Assembly (NCBI RefSeq): GCF_006345805.1
Contig: NW_021823829.1
Span: forward strand, 1 to 21,140
From: Octopus sinensis
Lineage: Eukaryota
DNA length: 21,140 nucleotides
Reading direction: 5' to 3'
Shown: positions 10,470 through 20,269 of the stretch, piece by piece
How positions within the stretch are numbered: position 1 is the stretch's first letter
Layout: each line of letters begins with the position of its first letter
Translations under genes and position numbers: made by a program
Notes under the pieces: generated by a model
Told to the model about the DNA's origin: nothing
The model's input: only the letters and a program-made list of their open reading frames with translations
Databases searched by the model: none

Positions 10470-10745
10470 ATGTTAAATTCAATTTAATGGTTGTCCACTT
10501 ATATTTAAACACTATTTTAATAATAAATAAGTGGCTGAAGATTGCTCGACATTTTAAAAGTGACGTAATACTTACAGTGTTTAATAAAATTAAGTAGCAT
10601 GAAACAATTGTACTACTCTACCTCGGATATACTTGTTGCTTATTTTGATTATAATCACCCCATTTGATTTATATGGATAATACCATACAAAATTCTGGTG
10701 CCTTTGACTTAAGTACCATATTCATCTGAATCTAAATTTTGTTGA
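10470..10745 (+). mobile_element. Penelope-like pseudo-LTR fragment, copy 1 (5' boundary uncertain)
   Basis: Contains a hammerhead core; 10625-10745 is 116/121 identical to 13793-13913; ends in a TA/TG microsatellite. Confidence 0.7.
10530..10617 (+). ncRNA. Degenerate type I hammerhead ribozyme
   Basis: AGTGG-CTGAAGA(10535-10541)-tTGCT...AGCAt-GAAA(10601-10604)-CAATTG-TA|CTACT. Stem I has 5 bp (one G.U); stem II has 4 bp with a U.U closing mismatch; stem III is short and palindromic (ACAATTGT); GUA cleavage triplet at 10610-10612. Confidence 0.65.
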
Positions 10746-10761
10746 TATATACATATATATA

Positions 10762-10808
<47 letters not shown>

Positions 10809-10876
10809 ATCTCAACGAGGTTTGTAATAACTGGAGTGTCCAACAAATGTATTGTGCAGCTGTTGTTCAGTGCTGG

Positions 10877-11017
10877 CTACTTTCCTTTACGCCCTGGTTG
10901 TAGACTGCGCCTATGCTTCTTGCGAAGTCGATACGGTATTACTAGATAACCCACTGCATCAGGTATAATCGATAAATCCCTGGAATTCGGTGCATCGACA
11001 TGATCGCAGCTTAATAC
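10877..11017 (-). other. Candidate terminal exon of an unidentified gene
   Basis: Strong acceptor TTTATTCTTTCTGTTTTCAG|G, then unique, relatively GC/CpG-rich sequence. Phase 1 reads (G)IKLRSCRCTEFQGFIDYT* (stop 10959-10961); phase 0 reads VLSCDHVDAPNSRDLSIIPDAVGYLVIPYRLRKKHRRSLQPGRKGK*. No upstream exon identified. Confidence 0.35.
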
Positions 11018-11455
11018 CTGAAAACAGAAAGAATAAACATAGATATAAAAATTTGCTGAAATCTAATGTTTCATCCAGTTGTCACTTTACTGCTTTTTTT
11101 TTCTAAAAAAAAAAATAAACTGAATGATCTATGTTACGTTTTGAATATATTCTCCCGCCTTGTGTTTACACACTTCAAGATAAATTCACAAACTCATGCA
11201 CACACATGCCTGCATATTGCTTATGTATGAAATTATGTTTGTATGTACGTGTCATGTTTCAAATGCATTTTTCCTTATTAGATAGAAAGGAGAACGTCAA
11301 GCTATGCGTCAGAAGTTTGTTTTAACACTAAATATTTAAACACTATTTTAATAATAAATAACAGATAGATTCCGGTTTTGCTGTTGTAGTTTTTCTTAAG
11401 ACGGTATAAAGCTGATGTTTCAGCTGGCTATTTTACACTGGCATCTGTATGTAAT

Positions 11456-11465
11456 TATATATATA

Positions 11466-11504
<39 letters not shown>

Positions 11505-11601
11505 CATACATATATATATATATATTATATATATATATATATATAATACATACATACATACATATATATATATAATATATATATATATATTATATATATA
11601 T
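11456..11601. repeat. (TA)n/(TACA)n microsatellite
   Basis: Direct inspection. Confidence 0.95.
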
Positions 11602-12199
11602 GCTTATTTATTTATTTATTGTCGGTTACAGCTTTTGTTCCTCTTTCCACAGAGAAAAAGAAAATGTTGGTTACAGATTATTTATATTTCTTCTTCTCTT
11701 TAAGACAACTTAAAAGCCTGTATATATTTATATTGTGATACAAAAGCAGAAAACATTTTGAGTCTGGTTGCAACTCATATTCAAAACGGAAACGTTTTAT
11801 GACAAACATTCGTGAAGAATAGCCATTTTGTTTAGTGTTTTAGCTCCAAATGGTGAACGGTGTTCATCGGACGAATGATTCATGATAATTATGGTTCCTT
11901 TATTCCTGGTTTCCTTTTCTTTATTTTTACCGTTTATTTTCCTTGGAGTGAAGTGATGCTCGAGTGGCACCGTCAATGGTTTTTTTTGTTTGTTTTTTTT
12001 GCTCTTCATTAGTGTTTTTTTCTTAGTTATATTTACCCCAATGCATTGCCAATGGATTCTATAACTGATAAATCGTGTTTACTTAGGCATAAATGGACAT
12101 TTCTCTGAATGAAACTAAACATCGCAACGTGTGTGAGCTCAATGTACGCAAATAGTTTATTTCACGCCGATACACACACATATATACAGAGACAGACAG

Positions 12200-12326
<127 letters not shown>

Positions 12327-12683
12327 TGTTTCTTTATTAACCACACAGGACTGCACACAGACGGAACAAATTACAAAGTAGAGCTTTTCTTTTGGGGGAA
12401 AAAAAGAAAAAATAAGTGGGGTAAGTTTTCGATCAAAAGGGATCGTAAAAAGGAAAGGAAAAAACGATCAATAGGGATCGTGTATCACAGAAATGTCATG
12501 ATGTAAAGTGTAAAGGAGGAAGCAGATAAGGTTTATCCGTGGAAAGAAAAGCCTACCGAAAATACCACGGTAACCTTGGTCAATAATATCACATGTTAAC
12601 ACATTTATTTGCAAGTAAGTAACTCTCTGTTTTAAAATTTTCCGGGTTCATAGGATTATGCTCAAGGTGGCTTCGTCATTCAT
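12327..12683 (-). mobile_element. 5'-truncated non-LTR retrotransposon (LINE; L1/Tx1-like by recall): ORF2 C-terminal tip plus 3' UTR
   Basis: Minus strand reads MNDEATLSIIL*, then a pyrimidine-rich UTR with stem-loops ending AATAAAGAAACA; the last 44 nt are 35/44 identical to the SINE tail at 7727-7770; (GATA)n on both sides. Confidence 0.7.
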
Positions 12684-12815
<132 letters not shown>

Positions 12816-13016
12816 CTTGTGACAAGCGTCGAACGTGGAATCACAAAATATGCATTGCCGTGGATTAAAAAAGAATTTTAATGTCCTTTATTGTAAAATT
12901 CGTGTATTCATCTGAATAAAGCGGTTTTTATAACGATGTAATATACTCATAAATCAAATAAAAGTTCGTTAGAAACAGGTGTAATGAATTGACACATCCA
13001 CTATTTTGTTATATAT

Positions 13017-13182
13017 ATACGACGGGCTTCTTTCAGTTTCCATCTACCAAATCCACTCACAAGGCTTTGGTCGGCCGAGGCTATAGTAGGAGTCACTCTT
13101 ACCAAGGTGCCATGCCTTGAGATTAAACCCGGAACTATGTGGTCGGGAAGCAAGCATCTTCCCACACAGCCACGCTTACACC
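13017..13182 (-). mobile_element. SINE family 1, 5' half
   Basis: A box TGGCTGTGTGG, degenerate B box, body ending GAAAGAAGCCCGTCG then (TA)n. Confidence 0.88.
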
Positions 13183-13232
13183 TATATATCTTTAGGTTTT
13201 ATGTACGCTTCAACATCAAGAAAAATCATATA

Positions 13233-13349
13233 TATTGGTTTCAAATTTTGACACAAGGCCAGCCAATTCACGAAAGGAAGTATCACAATTACATCGACCT
13301 CACTGCTCAAATGGGACTTGTTTTATCGCCCCCTAAAGGATGGAAGAAA
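13233..13349 (-). mobile_element. SINE family 3, diverged 3' half
   Basis: Reverse complement contains CATCCTTTAGGGGGCGATAAAAC..GGTCGATGTAAT..GGCCTTGTGTCAAAATTTGAAACCAAT, the same tail as the 16522 copy. Confidence 0.7.
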
Positions 13350-13737
13350 TACGATATTTATTAGACAGAAGAGTTAAAATCATTACAGTTACATTTACAA
13401 ACATTGATAGAGATAGGGTCGAAAAAAATCTTGCGGTATTTGTTCCGGCTCTCAAATTTCTGAGGTCAGTTCCTGCAAGGTCATCTATACCTTTCGAATA
13501 CAGACCCCCAGTAGTTCCACAGCCTCTGTTTAAAACAAGGAAAAGTAAATAATACAGACGATCTCTCCAATTCCTATAGAACTAAATTGGTTTTGCATAT
13601 CAGTTTTGAACTGGAATATATCTGAAGCGCTTCTGTTTCCATTATGTTATGCTAAATAAACAAATTGCAGGAAATTAGGCGGAAAATTACTGCTTACAAA
13701 ATTATTTCGTACCAGACTATAATCTATTAATGCGTAT

Positions 13738-13914
13738 ATATATAATCAAAATAAGCAACAAGGATATCAAAGGTAGTGTAGTACACTACTTTGGATATCC
13801 TTGTTGCTTATTTTGATTATAATCACCCCATTTGATTTATATGGATAATACCATACCAAATTCTGGTGCCTTAAACTTAAGTACCATATTCATCTGAATC
13901 TAAATTTTGCTGAA

Positions 13915-13964
<50 letters not shown>
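13738..13964 (+). mobile_element. Penelope-like pseudo-LTR fragment, copy 2, with 5' inverted duplication and (TA)n tail
   Basis: 81-bp palindrome 13741-13821 (38/40 positions complementary); 96% identical to copy 1 over 121 bp; candidate 6-bp TSD GCGTAT (13732-13737 and 13965-13970). Confidence 0.75.
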
Positions 13965-13965
<1 letters not shown>

Positions 13966-14706
13966 CGTATTAATATGAATAACTATATAGTCTACTGACT
14001 AGTTTTTTTTTGTTTGTTTTTCTTTTGTTTCACGCTAGACCACTGGTAGCAAAATATTTCTGAATAATCTTTTACTACCCTGAAATTTATTAATATATAT
14101 ATATATATATATATGCTTGTATGTGATGAAAAATTAATTATAAAACCAGTTGATGAATGATACACACACAAACATGCTGCTTTTCATCACGTATTTCAGA
14201 CTAAAATGTTAACTAATGCCATAGGAGGAGGTTGAGGAACGAACATCCTGGTTTAACAATAATCTGACAACACGCGCATACACAAACGCATGCACAGATG
14301 CAAACATATACATGCCTGTGTCTGTCTATTTGTGTGTATATCTCTACATATAGAGAGACAGACAGAAAGAGGGGAGAGAGGAAGAGAGAGGGAAAGAGGG
14401 AGAAAACGTAGAAGGAATTTTCGTCCACTGACGTAATGTTATAAGTATGCACTATGAGTGCTCCGTTTGGTTTACCTCTAAAACTCCGGTTTGTAACTGC
14501 GATTGAAAAGTGTTGTGTTGAGAATACCTATCAAAAGCGACTAGAAGTGGCTTCTCCTTGAACGGGTAGATATAGATTAAAGTAACAAAAAAATGAAAGA
14601 GCAAAAAACAGTTCAGATACAGAATATCTAAATCAAATATTTTTTTTCGAAGGGTGCCAGTTGTTTTGCTCTCTCACTTTTTATTTTAAACTATATATAT
14701 ATAGAT

Positions 14707-14847
14707 GCTGTGTGGTAAGAAGCTTCCTTCCCAACCACGTGATACCGGGTTCAGTGCCACTGCGTGGCACCTTGGACAAGTGTCTTCTACTATAGTTCTG
14801 GACCTAGTAAGCAGATTTGGTAGACGGAAACTGAAAGAAACCCGTCG
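14707..14847 (+). mobile_element. SINE family 1, 5' half
   Basis: GCTGTGTGGTAAGAAGCTT..GGGTTCAGTGCC..GTAGACGGAAACTGAAAGAAACCCGTCG then (TA)n. Confidence 0.88.
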
Positions 14848-14850
14848 TAT

Positions 14851-14904
<54 letters not shown>

Positions 14905-14941
14905 GAGAGAGAGAGAGAGAGGGTGCAATGGGTAAATTGTC

Positions 14942-14980
<39 letters not shown>

Positions 14981-15017
14981 GAGAGAGAGAGAGGGTGCAA
15001 TGGGTAAATTGTCATTT
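14848..15017. repeat. Tandem duplication of (TA)n-GT(GA)n-GGGTGCAATGGGTAAATTGTCATTT
   Basis: Unit cores at 14901-14945 and 14977-15017. Confidence 0.9.
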
Positions 15018-15305
15018 TATATTTATTATTTCACGCATGCGCATTGTTTGTTTTTGATTTTGTCGACTACACAGTATGGTAGGATCAGTAGGGCACCGTC
15101 TGTGAGAAAAACACCAACATGATTCAATTTACTCTGCCAGATATTTGGAAACAACATGCTGTGCCGCTTGGCAATTGTGCCGGAAGCTTCAATACAAACA
15201 TTACAGAGTGTTTGGGTGTCGATCTGAGGACATGTACCGAGAGGGATGAAAATCAAACATCCAGTCAACATCATAGTGTTTCGAGTGATCACTAGTGATG
15301 GCGAC
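14992..15305 (+). mobile_element. Deleted Tc1/mariner relic (DD37D/maT-like): 5' TIR, leader and two transposase pieces
   Basis: AGGGTG-type TIR start; 15119-15232 reads MIQFTLPDIWKQHAVPLGNCAGSFNTNITECLGVDLRT (HTH-like), joined out of frame to VPRGMKIKHPVNIIVFRVITSDGD, the K.P..MV.G...G motif that follows the first catalytic Asp. Confidence 0.75.
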
Positions 15306-15550
15306 ACGCACACATACATGCAATCTGGCAGACAGATATTAATTCAATATATTCGCAGTTTTCACAGATATTTACAAGCATGTTTCATAACGAATATGAA
15401 GGTCTATATATCATATACAGCTCATCAGCTAGTTTAGTTCATCAAGTAAGTAAAGCTCTTCACAAGCTGAACATAGCTCCAACGGACTCATTTCATACAA
15501 CTCTATTTGCTGACGGTAAAATGGCTCTACTACTCAGGCCATGATAATTT

Positions 15551-15929
15551 TTCTGTCTGCTTTAGTCATTAGACAGCGGCCATACTGGGGCACCGCCTTG
15601 TGAATGATTAGTCGAATGAGTTGACCCCAGTACTAATTTACTTCGTTTTTTTCTTTTTTTTTCTTTGAGACTGGTACTTATTTTATCGGTGTCTTTGGAC
15701 GAACCTGTAAATTACGGGGACATAAACCCACCAGTACCGGTTATCAAGCGCTGGTGGGAACAAACACATATACAAAGAAACACATACATATGTATGTATA
15801 AATATATATATGTGTGTGTGTGTATGTGCGTGTGTGCGTGTACGTGTGTGTGTGTGTGTGTGTGTGTGCGTGTGTTTGTGTGTATGTGTGTGTGTGTGCA
15901 TACGATGTGCTTCTTTCAATTTCCGTCTA
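15551..15929 (-). mobile_element. SINE family 1, 3' portion with expanded internal microsatellite
   Basis: Colinear with 5417-5670 (AGTCATT..CACCGCCTT..TGGTACTTATT..TTACGGGG..CTTTCA.TTTCCGTCTA). Confidence 0.85.
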
Positions 15930-16105
15930 ATATGCTAGACGGCGCCAAATCGTCTTCTAGCATATTAGGAATCCACTTTGGTGGTTATTCCTCTTATATA
16001 TATATGTAATATAATTTCTTAATGTTCGGATTTTTTAAGTATGCTAGGCCACTGGTTTAAATTGATATTAATTAATATTAATTTCTAACCTCGTTATTTA
16101 ACTTT

Positions 16106-16109
<4 letters not shown>

Positions 16110-16179
<70 letters not shown>
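16110..16179. repeat. (TA)n microsatellite
   Basis: Direct inspection. Confidence 0.97.
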
Positions 16180-16181
<2 letters not shown>

Positions 16182-16256
16182 TCCTATAACATGCCTGTCT
16201 CAGGTTTTCTTCAGACAGACGAGTAATAGTATTGGTAGTCACCATGGCTAGACGTG

Positions 16257-16277
16257 AGGTCAAGTGACCTGTGACCT
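16257..16277. promoter_or_regulatory. Cluster of three perfect nuclear-receptor half-sites (IR2 + DR1)
   Basis: AGGTCA-AG-TGACCT-G-TGACCT; function untested. Confidence 0.4.
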
Positions 16278-16521
16278 ACAAAGGAATTGACGCTTCAAAG
16301 TTTGGTAAATCAGGAAGTACTTTTAAATTCCATCAGTAATTTTTTTTTCATTCATGTCTGTCGGCAGATTAACATTCGTTCCGATTCTTTCTTTTTTTTC
16401 TTTTTTTTTGATACAGGGTAGTGAAATATGGACTATGTTTGCTAAACAGGGATTACATTGCTCTCTAAAATTTATTAATTGTGGGTAATTTAGTATTTCT
16501 GATATCAAATATATTATTTAA

Positions 16522-16728
16522 AGCGGGGAGCTGGCAGAATCGTTAGCACGCCGGACAAGATGCCAAGCGGCATTTCGTCCGTCTTCACGTCCTGAATTTG
16601 AATTCTACTGAGGGCTACTTTACCGTTCATCCTGTTGGGATGAATACCATTCGAGCACAGGGGTTGATGTAATCGACTTACCCCCTGCCTCGAACTTGCT
16701 GGCGTTGTGCCAAAATTTAAAACCAATA
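16522..16728 (+). mobile_element. SINE family 3, full length, diverged
   Basis: GCGGGGAGCTGGCAGAATCGTTAGCACGCCGG head; tail TTGTGCCAAAATTTAAAACCAAT. Confidence 0.88.
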
Positions 16729-17045
16729 TTAACTATACTAGCTGGTCCCGTGCCGTCAAAAATGACGGCTAATTGTAGTATTTTATATATAAATATGAAT
16801 GGTAAATCAAATTAATACGCTTGTCAATGTTATCTATCGATCATCGTTTGTTACTGAAAGAACGCTGGTTCATACATACAAACATTCACATACTTCCCTT
16901 GCACACGCACACACATACACACATAGATTCACACAGAGTTGAAACTCTGATTTTTCTTTTCAGCATTGAATGCTCACCATCCCCCTCCCATTGCACACAC
17001 ACACACATGCACGCACACGCACACACACACAAACACAAACATATA

Positions 17046-18344
17046 TTAGGTTGGCAACTAAGTTCCTGCCGATTTTTTAATTTTAATTTTAAGTTTTTTA
17101 AAGATTTAATAAAAAATAACAGCTAAATAATCAAAAATGTATTCACCATTGTTGTTTACAACTTCTTCCCAACGTTCAACAAGATTTTCAATACCTCGTT
17201 GGTAGGAATTACCCGATTTCGACTCGTAAAATTGATCAAACCAAGCTCTCAATTCTGCATCAGTATTGAACAAAACTCTGCGCATAGCATTTGAAAGAGA
17301 TCGAAAGAGGTGGAAATCCGTTGGTGCCAAATCAGGAGAATACGGTGTATGTGGCAGCACTTCCCAGCCAGGCGTCTGAACGGTTTCCTTGGTCATATTG
17401 GCGATATGAGGGCGGGTGTTGTCGTGCAGCAGAACTCTATGCTGACGATTAGGTCTTTTCTCTTGAATAGCCGTGTTGAGTCGCTCCATCGGTTGAACAT
17501 AGAGTTCAACGTTGACCGTTTGGTTCGTTTCAAGCAATTCGTAATGTATAATTCCCTCCCAGTCCCACCATGCGCACAACATCGTTTTACGCGGATGAAG
17601 ATCTTGTTTCACGCGCGGTGTCGCTTGTTTACCGGGGCTAAGCCATTCCTTACGCTGCTTCATATTGATTTACAGGTACTATTTTTCGTCGCTAGTAACG
17701 ATTCGGTAAAGAAATCATTGCTTGAGTCCATGACTTGAGCTGTGATGAGCAAGCAAACCAGCGGAGATTGTGGCTCGTTGATTTTTGTTGCTGTCACTTA
17801 AAGCATACGGAACCCATGCTCCATACTTCTGAACCTTTCCCATCGAGTGAAGATGCTTCTCTATAGCAATGTAGGAGCATTCCATTTTCTCTGCCAGTTG
17901 CCTTGTTGTTTGACGAGAATTTTCGTGCAAAAGTTGGTTTAATCGCTTTTCATCGAACTCAACTGGACGGCCAGAACGAGGTGCGTCTTTGAGGTCAAAA
18001 TTTCTATTCTTGAACTTGGCATACCAATCACGAGCGGTTCTTTCAGCTATGGCACCCTCTCCATACACAGCACAAATGTTGCGAGCAGCTTTTGCGGCCT
18101 TAGAACCTTGATTAAAAGCAAAAAGAAGGAGGTGTCGAAAATTCTCACTTTTCTTAAACTGATATTCCATTTTAATGATCTGAAAATAATCAAAAATTAA
18201 CTAAAATTAACTGAAAAAAAAAACAAAATAGATTCCAAAATGATCCAAAACTAGAATTCTCGAAAAAAATAGATTCTAAAATTTAAAAACGTAATAAATT
18301 CCAAAATTTTTTAATAATTTGCGGGAACTTAGTTCCCAACCCAA
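17046..18344 (-). mobile_element. Full-length mariner transposon (1299 bp)
   Basis: TIRs TTAGGTTGGCAACTAAGTTCCTGC and reverse complement TTGGGTTGGGAACTAAGTTCCCGC match 21/24; TA TSD at 17044-17045 and 18345-18346; encloses the transposase. Confidence 0.97.
17106..18170 (-). pseudogene. Mariner DD34D transposase pseudogene (355 codons, three in-frame stops)
   Basis: The two track ORFs are in one frame: ..WVPYAL..KQ*FLYRIVTSDEK*YL*INMKQ..HDNTRPH..YSPDLAPTD, with 34 residues between the 2nd and 3rd Asp. Stops at 17715-17717 (TGA), 17679-17681 (TAG) and 17670-17672 (TAA). Confidence 0.96.
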
Positions 18345-18489
18345 TACATACCTCCCTTTTACATACACGCACATATACTTGCACATATACTCATCCCTTC
18401 CGTCCTTATTCATCTGTCATTCCTTCTTTTCTCATTCATAAGTTGTGACGGAGAAAGACACGAGAGTATTATTATAATAAATCATTTAA

Positions 18490-18713
18490 GGCAGCGAGTT
18501 GGCAGAATCGTTAGCACACTGGATGCTTAACCGAATTTCGTACGTCTTTACGATCAGAGAACAAACTCCACCGAGTTTGACTTGGCTTTCAGGCTTTTGG
18601 AATCGAGGAAATAAGTACCAGTTGAGTACTGGGGCCGATGTAATCGAGTAGCCCCCCACACCGCGAAAAAAATAAAAGCTTTCAGGCCTTGTGCCTATAG
18701 CAGAAAGGATACT
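18490..18713 (+). mobile_element. SINE family 3, full length, diverged, third tail type
   Basis: GGCAGCGAGTTGGCAGAATCGTTAGCAC head, AAATAAGTACCAGTTGAGTACTGGGG core, tail GGCCTTGTGCCTATAGCAGAAAGGAT. Confidence 0.85.
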
Positions 18714-18941
18714 TAACCGTGTTATTATGTTGAGTGCGTATTTTACCCTCCTCACTCATTTCAGGTTTCTGTTTTCTTGTGGCTTCAATCCGAAAGAATT
18801 GGTACATTAATACATAAGGCACTGGGACTTTCCACCAGGAGTACCTATGTCAGTTTGTTTTTCTTTCTCCCGCTGGTTTGGTTGTTTTGCAGAATATATT
18901 TATATGAAAACAGAGGCACGCAGGAATCCATAAATACATTC

Positions 18942-18972
<31 letters not shown>

Positions 18973-19088
18973 ATATATCATATATATATATATATATATT
19001 ATAGATATATATATTATATATAGTATATATATATTAAATATATATATATATAATATATATATATCTATATAATATATATATATAGATA

Positions 19089-19158
<70 letters not shown>

Positions 19159-19227
19159 ATATATATAATTACACATACATATATATATATATACATATAT
19201 ATAATATACATATACATACATATATAG
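18942..19227. repeat. Long degenerate (TA)n microsatellite
   Basis: Direct inspection. Confidence 0.97.
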
Positions 19228-19597
19228 GTGCATAAACGTCAGTCATTTTGTTACGTACAATGGCAACGATCAGAAAGAATAAGCAAGAGAGAGAGAGAGG
19301 TGGGTGGGGAGGGTGTACAGGAGCCAAATTGTTGTCCAACACAGTCATTTTGCAATTATTATAAAATGGTGCTGAAGCAAAAATATGAAATTTTCAAAGC
19401 CTCAGTGCTGATTTCCGTTTGAAAGTTAAATCATATTATGACATTTGTATGAAAACTGGTGAATTATTTTTAGAACCGTGACTAAATGTTAAAACATATG
19501 ATATATTTTTTCTGCAATTACTGCCGAATACGCACGCAGACGTGTACATGCATAAGTGCACAGAAAAGCATTTGTTCAAATACTCTCTCTCACACAC

Positions 19598-19599
<2 letters not shown>

Positions 19600-19640
<41 letters not shown>
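19600..19640. repeat. (TA)n microsatellite
   Basis: Direct inspection. Confidence 0.95.
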
Positions 19641-19642
<2 letters not shown>

Positions 19643-20148
19643 CACATGCAAATGTATACATAAACGCGCACATATACTTGTGTATGTATGTATGTTATGT
19701 ATGCTTGTTTGTTTAAAATTATACTGAATAAATGACTCAATACAATTGTAGTGTTTACGTTTATAATTCTATTAACGGCGAAGTGTCTTTTGTCTCTGTA
19801 GTTTATTATCATTCCTTAGACATACGATCCTCAGGTGGGTTTTATAGAGACGACGGATAACTTCTTCTTCGAAACTTCAGTCCCCAAACTTCTAATATTT
19901 TCTGGGAAGATTTCCACTTATTATTAAGGCTCTGTGATTTTCTAAATGTTATCTTTTTATTGAATAAGGCACCTAGCTAGAAAAAACAAAAAACAAAACG
20001 ATCTTCCTACACACTCCAAAAACATTGATAATCTACGTATTATTATTTCCTTAAGGTTATCCTAACTACACATCAAATATCGAGTCCTTAGAAAAAGTAG
20101 TTTCGTTATGGGGATATATTATGCCCCTAATTTTCGAGTGACTTTCTC

Positions 20149-20269
20149 GTGGTTAGAGCAGCGGACTAGCGGTCGTAGGATCGCGGTTTCGATTCCCAGT
20201 CCGAACGTTGTCAGTGTTTATTGAGCGAAAACACCTAAAGCTCCACTAGTCTCTGGCAGGGGTGGTGGC
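20149..20269 (+). mobile_element. SINE family 2 head fragment
   Basis: GTGGTTAGAGCAGCGGAC..GGTTTCGATTCCC..TTTATTGAGCGAAAACACCTAAAGCTCCAC matches 5906-6002. Confidence 0.9.

Larger units (their letters stand above)
16738..18481 (-). mobile_element. Non-autonomous Helitron (~440 bp native) carrying a nested mariner
   Basis: Minus-strand 3' end has a GCCGTCA-TTTT-TGACGGC hairpin (16752-16769), a 10-nt spacer and CTAG|T. The putative 5' end A|TTTATTATAATAATAC is one substitution from the canonical TC start. Inserted between A and T with no TSD. The 5' end is less certain than the 3' end. Confidence 0.72.

Noticed and set aside
11797-12009. 70-aa minus-strand ORF
   Set aside because: Lys-rich from T-tracts, no domain similarity and no convincing splice sites
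13420-13510. Possible SINE family 3 remnant
   Set aside because: Too diverged to support by eye
15026-15319. 97-aa minus-strand ORF
   Set aside because: Antisense shadow of the + strand Tc1/mariner relic
17106-18170. SETMAR gene, or a frameshifted two-gene arrangement; also + strand ORF 17310-17738
   Set aside because: No SET domain, TIRs and TSD present, both ORFs share one frame split by stops; the + ORF is an antisense shadow
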